Below are positions 10,520 to 20,585 of a stretch of 64,000 bases of DNA, in pieces; the first letter of the stretch is position 1; every line of letters begins with the position of its first letter. Below the pieces are notes generated by a model. It was not told the DNA's origin, searched no databases, and saw only the letters and a program-made list of their open reading frames with translations. Position numbers and translations under genes: made by a program. Source of the DNA: a virus (taxonomy: Duplodnaviria > Heunggongvirae > Uroviricota > Caudoviricetes > Crassvirales); IMG/VR virus record IMGVR_UViG_3300022894_000002, positions 36,490-100,489 of that record; one strand, given 5' to 3'.

Positions 10520-12765
10520 TATTTACTTGTTTTAGATTTTTTAGCAGTTGCTCTACTCTTAGCTATTGCAGCTTTAGCTTTAGCAGCTTCTAGTTTCATT
10601 TTTTGATTCATTAATTTTTCTTCAAGTTTAAATTCTTTATCAGCCATTTCTTTATCATGCTTCAATTGTTTATCTTGCATTTTTTCTTGGTTCTTAGACT
10701 GATGGTCTATAGCAGCTATTTTTTTATCTTCTATTTCTTTTTTAATTTTTAATTCACGTTCTTTAAGTAATCTATCCTCTTCTTTTTGTTTATGATCATG
10801 TGCTAGCTTATTATTTTCATTAACAAATTTCATATTAATTTCAGCTTGTTTAAGTGCTGAATCAGCTGCCCCAGAAATATCTGTTACATTAGAACCTTCA
10901 TCAAAAGCATAAGCTTTAATTTCTTCTAATTGAATATCTAATTCTCTATCTAATTGATTTTGAATTGCTTCTTGTTCTAGTTTATAATATTCTAAATCTA
11001 AAAGATCTTGCTCATGTTTCACTCTAGCTTGAATATCTTCTTGTTTAACTTTTTGTTCAGTTTCAAAATTAGCTTGTTGTTGTTTTTTCTTTTCTTTTGT
11101 TATCTTTCTTAATTTATGTACTTTAGATGAATAAGAGTTATTAGAGAATACAGTTAGTAATTCTTCACCATCAATAGTACCAGATTGAATAGACATTTCA
11201 GTAGCTCTTTTAAGTGCTGCTAAATTTTCCATATCACTAGTAGCATCAGATGAAACTATACCATATTCAGCTTCATTAAACTGTTCTCCATCAATTGTAA
11301 ATATTTCAGTATTTAAATCTGAAAGAATATATTGAAAAGTTTTATTTCCATTTTTTAAGCAATACTTAGCTGTTTCTAATAAAGCTGCTAATACCCTTAA
11401 TTTAATATTATCATGAACTCTAAAATAAGGTTCAGTTGTTTCATAAGAAGCTTGTTGTTGTTGTTGAGTAACTCCTAATCCAGCAGAAGCAGGAACAGTT
11501 CCTTTTCTTGCATCATTGATACCAGTTATCTTTTCTAACCTGGATTCAATTTGTTGCATAGCTACAATATGTTGCTGAATATAATTACCCATTTCAAGAT
11601 CTATTTTGTCAGATCTTGTAGCATTCATACCAGCTAATTTACCCATAGCAGCTCCTTTCTTTCCTTCTTTAAAAGAATCTATTACAGCCCAACCCATAGT
11701 TTCAGCAAAATACATCCATGTATCCATATTCATTCCATCTGGAATTAATGCTTTATCTAATAAACCTATTTTACCTTTAGACTTCATAAAAGCCATTTCA
11801 GTTCTATAAGCCATTGTTATATACATTAAATGATCTGGTTTAACTTTATCCATAAAGGAGAAAACCTTTTGACCATTTGTATTATATATAGATCCTATAT
11901 ATCCTGATTGACAAGAAGAAAAATTATTCAATGTTCTGAATTGAATTGATCTTGGTTGTACTTTAACATAATATTTATTGGCAATTTTAGTACCTTCCCA
12001 AAATTCTCCAATAGCCATATCTTCAGTCCATTGTCCTAATGATTTATCTGGTTTAAAAGATGAAGGAACTTCTGTTTCTTGTTCTTCATTATTTTCATCT
12101 AAATAGTGAAGTATTTTAATTAATCTTATTGATCTCCAAACACATCTTAGTACTCTATAATTATTAAAGTCATTAGAAGCATTATTAAAGTTAGGACCTA
12201 CAAATAGATCTACATCAGATGAATCTTTCCATGAAATAGATTCTCCATAATTAATGATATTATTTTTAGAAGATGCTCTTGTACCTCCATTAAAATTACG
12301 ATCTTCAAGTTCTTGTATTTCTGCTTTAGTTAAATACTTATGGTATCTATCTAAAACTTCACCCAAAGGTAAGTATTGCTCTTCAACAATAATATTTGAA
12401 TCTTCAACTCTATGAGAATGTGGATTAGTTAAGAAGTAAGTCATTAATGGATTACATCTTCTAACTACTGGTTCTTTATTTGTTTCATCAACACAATAAA
12501 TTTCTTCACCTGCTATTAAAGCATCTTCAAAACCATTATTAAATAATGTTTTTAAATCTAATTTTCTTGTATAATATTCTAATATCCTTGTTCCAGCTAA
12601 TTCTCTTTCTTCTCTCCATGTCATAACATCATCTAACTTATCCTGAAGTTGTGCTTCAATTTGTTTAACTACTTCTGGATCTTGTAATTGTTCTGGAGTT
12701 AAGTTTTGATTTTGTTGAAAAATTTCAATGACAGTTTGATCTATCATTTGTTTTTGTTGTTCCAA
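10519..12765 (-). CDS. Putative portal protein
   Basis: 748 aa, directly downstream of the large terminase in the minus direction. Long K/E-rich C-terminal coiled coil. The annotated start codon is TTG and the frame stays open about 85 codons further upstream (see findings). Confidence 0.5.
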   Translation of the reverse strand: MEQQKQMIDQTVIEIFQQNQNLTPEQLQDPEVVKQIEAQLQDKLDDVMTWREERELAGTRILEYYTRKLDLKTLFNNGFEDALIAGEEIYCVDETNKEPVVRRCNPLMTYFLTNPHSHRVEDSNIIVEEQYLPLGEVLDRYHKYLTKAEIQELEDRNFNGGTRASSKNNIINYGESISWKDSSDVDLFVGPNFNNASNDFNNYRVLRCVWRSIRLIKILHYLDENNEEQETEVPSSFKPDKSLGQWTEDMAIGEFWEGTKIANKYYVKVQPRSIQFRTLNNFSSCQSGYIGSIYNTNGQKVFSFMDKVKPDHLMYITMAYRTEMAFMKSKGKIGLLDKALIPDGMNMDTWMYFAETMGWAVIDSFKEGKKGAAMGKLAGMNATRSDKIDLEMGNYIQQHIVAMQQIESRLEKITGINDARKGTVPASAGLGVTQQQQQASYETTEPYFRVHDNIKLRVLAALLETAKYCLKNGNKTFQYILSDLNTEIFTIDGEQFNEAEYGIVSSDATSDMENLAALKRATEMSIQSGTIDGEELLTVFSNNSYSSKVHKLRKITKEKKKQQQANFETEQKVKQEDIQARVKHEQDLLDLEYYKLEQEAIQNQLDRELDIQLEEIKAYAFDEGSNVTDISGAADSALKQAEINMKFVNENNKLAHDHKQKEEDRLLKERELKIKKEIEDKKIAAIDHQSKNQEKMQDKQLKHDKEMADKEFKLEEKLMNQKMKLEAAKAKAAIAKSRATAKKSKTSK

Positions 12766-13144
12766 TTTAGAAGAAACAGCATCTTCATTTAAAACTGCTA
12801 AATGCCAATCAAATCCTCTATTATATTCTTCACCTAATAATTTTTTAAAGTATGGTTCTGTAATTGGAATATTTCTGGGATAGGTTGGAAATGTTTGTCC
12901 TTGTAGATTATAAGGATTAGTTATTTTTTCTAACTCTTTTGGATTTATTATACCATTATATAAATTGTAATTATTTTGTTTATTAATCCTTGATTCTCTA
13001 AAAGAACTAGACCTTCACAGGCATCAACACAATCTTTACCCCATTGTTCATCTTTTTTAGAATCAGGTATTGCTTGTCTTGGTAATTGTTTGAATGTTGA
13101 AAAATCCATAGATCTATCTTAAAGTTATTACAAATATAAAGATA

Positions 13145-15181
13145 TTAATTGGGAGTTAACCAATTAGGAAGTATTAATCCACTTTGTGTATAGCTAAAGC
13201 CTTGTTTTTGTTTAAAGTTTCTCGTAAAGAAATCATCTAATGGTTCTTCTTTAAATCTTTCTTCAGATGGATATTTAAGTTCTTGATTCATTAATAAGAC
13301 TGCACAACCTAAAGCTGAAACTCTATCAAAGTTACCATCCATATTCCAGTTAATCATTTCTTGAATAGCAGCTAAACATCTGAATTTATGAACAAATAGC
13401 TCTTCTGGTTTTTCAGGATTATTAGTAGAAGATTTAAGATATTCAGCAATCATACCTCTGGCAAAAGCATTTAATTTATCTGTTGGTGTAAAACCTCTCT
13501 GTCTGGTTGTACCTGTTTTAGCCTTTATAGATTCATTATATTCTTTAACAATATCTGGAACATCTGCTATTAAATATCCACAATTTTTAGAATCAAAATA
13601 TTCAAATATACCTCTATTAGCATTTTCAATTAATACTTTAGTATTATAATATAATAAACCTCTTCTACAAGTTTCATAAAAATCTTTAGCAGTTTCTGGT
13701 CTTCCTGTATATTCAGCTACTACTCTTTTAGTAAAAGTATCTATTATAAACATTGAACCTAAAGAGTTAGTTGTAGATTCATCAAAATCATAACTATCTA
13801 TTCCAGCTACATATCTTCCAAAAGGAGAACCTTCAACTGGATGTTCATGTATAATAAAAGCTCCAGGCATATTTTTATTATCCTGTTGTCCAGCTTTTAA
13901 TAGTGGAGTAGCTTCTAAATCATTTTTAGCTTTATACTTTTGAGTTTCATGATCTAATTCAAATTTTACATAATAATCTAAATCTTTATATAGATGGGGT
14001 TTAGTAAATACTTCAGCTTCTTGTTCTTTTAATAAACCAATTGGAAATTGAGTACCTGAAATTCTCATTAACATTTCTGAAGGTGTTAAAGGAATTTCAG
14101 CTTTTCTTCTTGTTAAAGCATGAGGATCTGCTCCTGTTGCTACTAACTTTCTATCTTCCATTATATACTGAGTAGCTAGTGCAATATCACTTACTCCAGT
14201 TTCTTTATCATAAGCTCCTGTATAATTAACTGCTCCAGACCAGAAGAAAGCTATATTAGTATTTTCTCTACCTATCTCCCATTTATTAACAACCGGATAA
14301 ATTCTATAAGCTTTTGGATTTCTAAATAACTCTTCAAATCCTTCTGATGCTGCTCCTTCAGATCCACCAGTTCCTATACCTAATATAAGTCCAAATGTGT
14401 TTTTACCATCCTCCATTGATGGTCTTAATATATTCCAACCTTTATGTAGTTTTCTAAAATTACCAGCTTCTTCAAGTATAATTAATTTACCCCTCTTACC
14501 CCTTAATTTATCAATATCGTCTCCAACAGTAACTCCTATAATTTCTGATTTCCAACCTTTTTCTACTTTAAGTCCAGCTGAATCAGTTTCCTGAAAAGAA
14601 CTTCTTCTATGTAAATCTGTATTTTTATATTGTCTTCTTTTTCCCCAGGGAGTATATGTATCTCTAAAATCCATAATATCCCAGGCTTTAGTAACAATAC
14701 CATCACCTGTTAAAAATTCTAATGAATAAGCAAAAGCATAGGATTTAGATTTTTCTATATGGTAATAATTTCTACATAACATTGAACCAGCTTTAAAGCT
14801 CTTACCCTTGCCCCTGGATCCGCCCATGAAAGCATGTTGACCTTCAAGTTCTGCTAATTCTAAGTAATTAAAAAAATCATAGTCACCATCATAAAAGTCT
14901 GGAAATCCTTCAACCCTTTCAGCTTGAATTTGTCCTAGTTGAATTATTGAAGGTTCTTTTTCTACAGCTTCTGTTTTAAGAATTGGAGAGTAATTTAAAT
15001 AATCATAAAAGTAACCAGGTATAAAATCTCTACCTATATGATAACCTTTTAAACATCTTTTTCTTTCTTCTTCCCAAAATCTAATCCAAGCAACACTACC
15101 TGGAAGTAATTTAGTGTAAGTTCCAAATTCTTCAAAGTGTTGTCTTGTAGATGTCCATTCTAATACTTCAGCTTTATTCAT
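13145..15181 (-). CDS. terL: Terminase large subunit
   Basis: Walker A P-loop FMGGSRGKGKS and a Walker B-like LIILEEAG. 678 aa, positioned upstream of the portal. Confidence 0.8.
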   Translation of the reverse strand: MNKAEVLEWTSTRQHFEEFGTYTKLLPGSVAWIRFWEEERKRCLKGYHIGRDFIPGYFYDYLNYSPILKTEAVEKEPSIIQLGQIQAERVEGFPDFYDGDYDFFNYLELAELEGQHAFMGGSRGKGKSFKAGSMLCRNYYHIEKSKSYAFAYSLEFLTGDGIVTKAWDIMDFRDTYTPWGKRRQYKNTDLHRRSSFQETDSAGLKVEKGWKSEIIGVTVGDDIDKLRGKRGKLIILEEAGNFRKLHKGWNILRPSMEDGKNTFGLILGIGTGGSEGAASEGFEELFRNPKAYRIYPVVNKWEIGRENTNIAFFWSGAVNYTGAYDKETGVSDIALATQYIMEDRKLVATGADPHALTRRKAEIPLTPSEMLMRISGTQFPIGLLKEQEAEVFTKPHLYKDLDYYVKFELDHETQKYKAKNDLEATPLLKAGQQDNKNMPGAFIIHEHPVEGSPFGRYVAGIDSYDFDESTTNSLGSMFIIDTFTKRVVAEYTGRPETAKDFYETCRRGLLYYNTKVLIENANRGIFEYFDSKNCGYLIADVPDIVKEYNESIKAKTGTTRQRGFTPTDKLNAFARGMIAEYLKSSTNNPEKPEELFVHKFRCLAAIQEMINWNMDGNFDRVSALGCAVLLMNQELKYPSEERFKEEPLDDFFTRNFKQKQGFSYTQSGLILPNWLTPN

Positions 15182-15183
15182 AT

Positions 15184-15726
15184 TTATTTCTGTTCAAAAA
15201 ACCCACCTTCACCTCCACCTCTTTGTTTAGCTTCTTGTAGTTGTTGTTCTTTACTTACTTTATCTATTAATTTATCTAAAGCATCTAATATACCTGAACA
15301 ATCTTTAATAGAAGCATTAACTTCTTTAATCTTATATACAAAATTACCTTTAGGATCTTTCTCAGTATAGTCTACATTATTATAGTATTCCATACTTTTT
15401 TCAGCAGCATATCTAGCAGATTTAAGAAACCTCATATTAAATGTATTATGAAGTTCATTATATTTATCTATTGCAGTAAGTACTAATTTATCTGGTTTGA
15501 ATTTACCTTTAAATACATCTTCAATAATTCTTTCTTCTTTTATTTCAGATGGATAAGTATTATAAATACTTTTATAGTCGGATAAGAAATAAACATAAGC
15601 TAACTCTTTTGTAGCAACAGATTTATCCTTAGTTTTATCTCTATTCCAAATTTTAGCAAAATCATCTATAAGTAATGCTTCTGGTGATATTATAGGATAA
15701 TTAGAAGATAAAGTAAATAGTTTCAT
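15184..15726 (-). CDS. Hypothetical protein (possible small terminase by position)
   Basis: 180 aa, immediately upstream of terL on the same strand. Confidence 0.3.
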   Translation of the reverse strand: MKLFTLSSNYPIISPEALLIDDFAKIWNRDKTKDKSVATKELAYVYFLSDYKSIYNTYPSEIKEERIIEDVFKGKFKPDKLVLTAIDKYNELHNTFNMRFLKSARYAAEKSMEYYNNVDYTEKDPKGNFVYKIKEVNASIKDCSGILDALDKLIDKVSKEQQLQEAKQRGGGEGGFFEQK

Positions 15727-15729
15727 ATA

Positions 15730-16389
15730 TTATTTTTCGTTTTTTAATCTTTCTAATTCAAAACCAAGCCAAAATCTAGCTTTACATAAATGATTATAAA
15801 CATTTGTTCTAGCTATACTCATTTCTCTTGTTAATACTTCAGTATCTAATTTAACTGCTTGTTTAAATGTAAAATAATTTTTTACTTCACTTATACATTT
15901 TTCAATTTCAGTTCTTAACCAATCTACTCTTTCAATATGATTAAAATTATCATAATCAGACATAATTCTACCATTTAATTGCCAAGTATCAATAATAGTT
16001 CTTACTCTTTCTTTATTAAATGTTTCTCTTAATACTGGTAGAGCTATAGCTACATCAGCTGTAGGTTCAATATCTTCTTTAGTTTTATATCCTGCTTTAT
16101 AAGGAGATTCAGTTCCTAATTCTGAAAGCATTTTACCTAACCAAGCTTTAGCTAAGTAAAGTGAATCTACTGATTTTTCTATTTCTTTAGAATTTATATT
16201 ATTATAAACAATGTATATTCCTTTGTTTACCGGAAATCCTTGAGATATTCCTTTATTAACTTTATCTATACTTTCTGAATAATCTTCTTTTGTAAAGTTA
16301 AAATTATTTTTTCTAAGTGGTTTTAACTCTTTAGTTAATTGAGCTAAACCATCTATTTGTACTCTTAATTGTTTTATTTGTTCTACCAT
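15730..16389 (-). CDS. Hypothetical protein
   Basis: 219-aa ORF, tightly packed with neighbours. Confidence 0.4.
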   Translation of the reverse strand: MVEQIKQLRVQIDGLAQLTKELKPLRKNNFNFTKEDYSESIDKVNKGISQGFPVNKGIYIVYNNINSKEIEKSVDSLYLAKAWLGKMLSELGTESPYKAGYKTKEDIEPTADVAIALPVLRETFNKERVRTIIDTWQLNGRIMSDYDNFNHIERVDWLRTEIEKCISEVKNYFTFKQAVKLDTEVLTREMSIARTNVYNHLCKARFWLGFELERLKNEK

Positions 16390-16390
16390 T

Positions 16391-16780
16391 TTAATCTTTA
16401 ATTTTATCTTTAACTAATTTTAATAATTTTTTATGCTTTCTTTCATTGGGAAAAATATTTAATTCTTTTAATATTTCTACAATAGATAAACATTCAATAT
16501 TGTTTAATTTATATTTTTCTGTATTATAATTTACATGAGCTGCATTTTTAGGATCAATACAACCACAATTAGTTATTATAGTATATTTTGGAAATTCTAC
16601 TTTATTATCAAAATGTTTATTAGTACCTTTTTTGTTTTGAATTTCTTCAATAATATATTCTGAAAATATGCCATCTTCGACATTATGTATTAAATCAATT
16701 TTATCACCTAATTTAAAAATTGTATTATTACATACAATAGATATAATTTTATCACCTTTAACTTTTAATTCTTTTATCAT
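16391..16780 (-). CDS. Hypothetical protein
   Basis: 129-aa ORF. Confidence 0.35.
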   Translation of the reverse strand: MIKELKVKGDKIISIVCNNTIFKLGDKIDLIHNVEDGIFSEYIIEEIQNKKGTNKHFDNKVEFPKYTIITNCGCIDPKNAAHVNYNTEKYKLNNIECLSIVEILKELNIFPNERKHKKLLKLVKDKIKD

Positions 16781-16781
16781 C

Positions 16782-17078
16782 TTAATCTTTAATTACATGA
16801 ATATCACCTTCTCTATATAAAAGATATTTAACTCCATCTACTTGAAATGGTTTAGGCATTACTTGTAAATTAAAATAAGCTGTTTGACCTACTTTAATTT
16901 GTTTACATTCAGGACCAATAGCAATTACTTCATCACCTTGATAAATTTCTTTAGTTAAAGAATCTCTTTCTTCAACAGTATCAGGTAAATAAATTCCTGA
17001 TTCTGTTTCTTTTTTTGCTTCTACATAAACTACTAAAACTCCATTTGAAAAAGGAGTATACTTAATTTTATTACTCAT
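16782..17078 (-). CDS. Hypothetical protein
   Basis: 98-aa ORF. Confidence 0.35.
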   Translation of the reverse strand: MSNKIKYTPFSNGVLVVYVEAKKETESGIYLPDTVEERDSLTKEIYQGDEVIAIGPECKQIKVGQTAYFNLQVMPKPFQVDGVKYLLYREGDIHVIKD

Positions 17079-17084
17079 ATTGTT

Positions 17085-17513
17085 TTATTTATTTTCTTTA
17101 AACCACATTAATACTATACTATAAACTTCACTTTGTTCTTCTTTAGTTTCAAAAGATAATATTAAATCTCCTACACTTATTTCATAAGCATAAGACTTTA
17201 ATTTATTACTTTCATCTTCTTTAGTTTTAAAATAAGCTTTTGAGGATTTAGATATTCCCCATACATCTTTAATACTTATAGATCCTTCTTCTATATTATA
17301 TATAGAACCATCTACCATTTTCTTTTCAATAGCTTTACCTCTTAATATATCATCATCTTCATGAGGGTCAAATTCAATTTCTTTTTCATATTCTGCTTCA
17401 TAATTAAACTTATAATCTATTCCCTTATCAGATAGTATTATCTTTGATACTTCTGATCCTTTAGATAACGTATATCCTTCTGGAAGATAATTTTTAATTT
17501 CTATTTCTATCAT
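17085..17513 (-). CDS. Hypothetical protein
   Basis: 142-aa ORF. Confidence 0.35.
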   Translation of the reverse strand: MIEIEIKNYLPEGYTLSKGSEVSKIILSDKGIDYKFNYEAEYEKEIEFDPHEDDDILRGKAIEKKMVDGSIYNIEEGSISIKDVWGISKSSKAYFKTKEDESNKLKSYAYEISVGDLILSFETKEEQSEVYSIVLMWFKENK

Positions 17514-17519
17514 AATTAT

Positions 17520-17780
17520 TTAATTTTTCCATTTTTTCTTAGGGCACTTAGCTTTTAATCCATTTGATTTTGGTAGGAGGAAACATGAACAACTTAAACA
17601 ATGACTATGAAATTTAATTTTATCTTTAGTACTATTAAATTCACAAGGAGTACAAATTTCTAATCTTTTTTCTTGTAATTCTTTATTCTTTGGTTTTATC
17701 AGATAATTCCAATAAGCTTTTATTATTTCTACTATTTTCATATTTTTTAATTTTTCCTTGACTTGGTGCAAACTTACCAA
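17520..17780 (-). CDS. Small Cys-rich zinc-ribbon-like protein
   Basis: CTPCEF...HSHCLSCSC...KCPKKK. Overlaps the next ORF by about 98 nt in another frame. Confidence 0.35.
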   Translation of the reverse strand: MVSLHQVKEKLKNMKIVEIIKAYWNYLIKPKNKELQEKRLEICTPCEFNSTKDKIKFHSHCLSCSCFLLPKSNGLKAKCPKKKWKN

Positions 17781-17943
17781 ACTTAGGTAATAATATTGTT
17801 TTATATTCTTTTGATAATTTCATCTCTTTCATTGTTTTAGAAACAAATTGAAATTGACTATTAGTTATTAATTCTATAACTTCAAATGGTAATGAATATT
17901 TAATACTTAAATCAGTTATTAACCTTTTCTTAGTTTTATCCAT
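17683..17943 (-). CDS. Small basic protein (possible DNA-binding)
   Basis: 86 aa, K-rich. Its C-terminus overlaps ORF 17520..17780. Confidence 0.35.
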   Translation of the reverse strand: MDKTKKRLITDLSIKYSLPFEVIELITNSQFQFVSKTMKEMKLSKEYKTILLPKFGKFAPSQGKIKKYENSRNNKSLLELSDKTKE

Positions 17944-18298
17944 TCTTACTCAGTGCAAAACTAATTATTAATTTATTATCTTTTATTTCTGGAAGAGGTA
18001 TTAACATCTTATCATATTTAAAGAAGTTCTTATCTCTCAATGATTTAGTAGTATTGTTAAATACTGCTTCTTTAATGTTAAGAAAAGTTCTTATTCTCTT
18101 TTTAGTTTCTTTATGAAATAATAGTTTATTAAGATCTGTTTCATCTAAATGTTTATACTTATTTTTAATACTCATAAAAGTTCCTAGTAATTTAATCTCT
18201 AAATCAGTTAATTGATTCTTAGCAAATATAGGATTTATATAAGTTAAATAAGCTTCATAAATATTATCCTCCTTTTTAAGGTTTATATTAAATGTCAT
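17936..18298 (-). CDS. Hypothetical protein
   Basis: 120-aa ORF. Confidence 0.35.
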   Translation of the reverse strand: MTFNINLKKEDNIYEAYLTYINPIFAKNQLTDLEIKLLGTFMSIKNKYKHLDETDLNKLLFHKETKKRIRTFLNIKEAVFNNTTKSLRDKNFFKYDKMLIPLPEIKDNKLIISFALSKNG

Positions 18299-18575
18299 TC
18301 TTTGGTATTTCTAAAGGGTGTACTCTTTCTAATGTATCTAAATTAATACAAGATTCTCCATAAACAATATCATCTAAAAACATTTGATCTAAAGCTTTTT
18401 TAAGTTTTTCTTTTTCTACTTCAATCATAAATCTTGCTACTTGTTCAATTTTATCTTTTTTTAAATTAAACCAATCAATATCTAATTGAGTTTCTCCATT
18501 CTTATCTATATAAGGTTTAGGAGTATAACCTATTATTTCTATAATCTTTAATTGATCTTCTGTGAATTTAATCAT
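18288..18575 (-). CDS. Hypothetical protein
   Basis: 95-aa ORF. Confidence 0.35.
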   Translation of the reverse strand: MIKFTEDQLKIIEIIGYTPKPYIDKNGETQLDIDWFNLKKDKIEQVARFMIEVEKEKLKKALDQMFLDDIVYGESCINLDTLERVHPLEIPKNDI

Positions 18576-18936
18576 TGTTAAATTTTAAATTACCTTCTTT
18601 AAGAAGTTTTAATGTTTCTAAATTAAAATGAGCTTCATCATATTTAAATAAAGCTTTTGGTAAATATTCTTGTAATACTGCAATTTCTTCTTTATAAGTT
18701 TCTAAAAATTTAGAATACTTAATTGTTTTAAGGAATTTTTCTTTGTTTAAATTTCTATTTGTTATAACAGTACTATAGGTTTCTAATAATGCTTCTAAAG
18801 CTTTTCCTTCTTTTGTTTTACTTATTTCTTTTCTTATTAAATCATACATTTTTGCAAATGCTTCTTCTTCTATTTTTTCATCAAATTCTTTTAAACATAA
18901 AAGTTTATAGTAATAATTATATTGTTCTTCTGTCAT
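18568..18936 (-). CDS. Hypothetical protein (first gene of the minus-strand arm)
   Basis: 122-aa ORF. Confidence 0.35.
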   Translation of the reverse strand: MTEEQYNYYYKLLCLKEFDEKIEEEAFAKMYDLIRKEISKTKEGKALEALLETYSTVITNRNLNKEKFLKTIKYSKFLETYKEEIAVLQEYLPKALFKYDEAHFNLETLKLLKEGNLKFNND

Positions 18937-19611
18937 TTAATTTGTTTATTAATTATACTGTAAAGATATAACATTATTTGTTATAAAACAAATTTATTTT
19001 CTAAGTAATTGAAAATCAGAAAGATTAATTTTATATTTATTTAATTAATAAACATAACAAGGTTCCCTTAGAAATTCTAAAGTACCTTAATTTTAAAATT
19101 ATCTTGATTTAAAAGTGTCTGGAGATGAGATCTCTGTACCTTCCTGAGTAGCTTTACCTGCTTTATTAATCTCAGCAATTAAATCTTGTATAATTTAAAG
19201 ATCTTATTATCTATTTGATAAGTTTACCTTTCGTTAGTCCTCTTATTTTAAGCCTTGTTAAATCTTAATTCCTTAAAAGGTTATTAACTGAGTACAAATA
19301 TAGGAATAAGATTTGAGAAAAACAAATTTATTTTAAATTATTTTCTATATTTTGGCAATTTTATTAAATTAGTGCCAGATTATAGTAAAGTTTCTATCAG
19401 TTATAGCTAAAGTGTGAAAATTAGACTAAAATTCCTATAAACTTAGGTAGATAAAAATAAATTTTTTAAAAATTTTTTGTAAATAATTGTTTTATAGGTG
19501 TTTAAATGGATTCCCCCACCTAACTCTATACCCTAACCAAGTTATAGGAAGGAAAGTACCCCTAACAAGTTTGCAATCCATTAATTAATTAACACTAAAA
19601 AACCATCAATC

Positions 19612-19872
19612 ATGAAATTTGTTAAAACACACTCTATTATTGAGTTTAAAGAATTGAGTAAATCAACAACACTTGACGTTGTTAAGAATCCACATACTGA
19701 TAAGATATTCTTTACTTGTGGTACTAACTCAGGTAAGGTATCTAAGAAAGGTTATGCTAAACCTGTTGTTAGTTTGTGTGAAGTAGATAAACCTGAAGAC
19801 GGAGGAACTATTGGAGAACAGTTCTACATGCTTCATTCAGCTTCTGAAACTAATGTTATAGCAACATTATAA
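19612..19872 (+). CDS. Hypothetical protein (first gene of the plus-strand arm)
   Basis: 86-aa ORF followed by a hairpin. Confidence 0.4.
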   Translation: MKFVKTHSIIEFKELSKSTTLDVVKNPHTDKIFFTCGTNSGKVSKKGYAKPVVSLCEVDKPEDGGTIGEQFYMLHSASETNVIATL

Positions 19873-19877
19873 CACTA

Positions 19878-19909
19878 ATAACTCTTGACTGTAACAGGTT
19901 GAGAGTTAT
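19878..19909 (+). terminator. Hairpin (8-bp stem ataactct/agagttat, 16-nt loop) downstream of 19612..19872
   Basis: Inverted repeat read directly from the sequence, followed by tatttaaac. Confidence 0.4.
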
Positions 19910-20057
19910 TATTTAAACTATTGTCCAGTATAACAGGCAGCTAATATTAACATAGGTTAATCACTTAGTTATGGCGTCATTAGACTTAATATCCATGTGT
20001 TAAGGTTTGTATCCTTACAATAGTTTATTTCAATTATTAATCTTAAATTAAATAACA

Positions 20058-20189
20058 ATGATAAGTAAAGAAATTAGACAAGAAATAAAAGAAATGGCTA
20101 AACATGCTATAATTATTTTAATAGTATTTATAGCATGTTTATTAATTGCTCAAACATTATTTAATTATTATAACCATTTAAAGCCTTAA
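20058..20189 (+). CDS. Small transmembrane peptide (43 aa)
   Basis: MISKEIRQEIKEMAKHAIIILIVFIACLLIAQTLFNYYNHLKP. The start context aaataacaATG is the same as real genes in this window. Confidence 0.35.
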   Translation: MISKEIRQEIKEMAKHAIIILIVFIACLLIAQTLFNYYNHLKP

Positions 20190-20450
20190 ATCCTACAACT
20201 ATTAATAGTAGTTGTAGGTTAATAATGTACCATAACTCAATTCCCAAGGTTGAGCAATTGTAATAGAGTAACAACAGAGTACTTAAATGGAAGCCTTATT
20301 GAAGGACAGCTATTACAATTGAGTACAGAGGGATAATTATAATATTGGTTAATGATTAAAATATCATTTGAGTTCAAAAACATCTAACAACCTGAACTAT
20401 TATAATTAAATTTAATTAAACTAATTACTAACCAATTAATAACTAAAACA

Positions 20451-20585
20451 ATGAAACAAGAATTCTTTACAATAACTACATTTAAATCAATAACTAAATC
20501 TCAATTAAAACTTGATTTACAACATGAAGGATATACTAATATCAGATATTCAGGTAAATTAAGAGGATTTTATGCTGAGAAATAA
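20451..20585 (+). CDS. Small basic peptide (44 aa)
   Basis: MKQEFFTITTFKSITKSQLKLDLQHEGYTNIRYSGKLRGFYAEK. Start context aactaaaacaATG. Confidence 0.3.
   Translation: MKQEFFTITTFKSITKSQLKLDLQHEGYTNIRYSGKLRGFYAEK

Noticed and set aside
13141-13165. Near-palindrome taattggGAGTTAACcaatta at the terL stop
   Set aside because: Only 7-bp arms. It is explained by the coding sequence ...NWLTPN* and nothing further supports a site.
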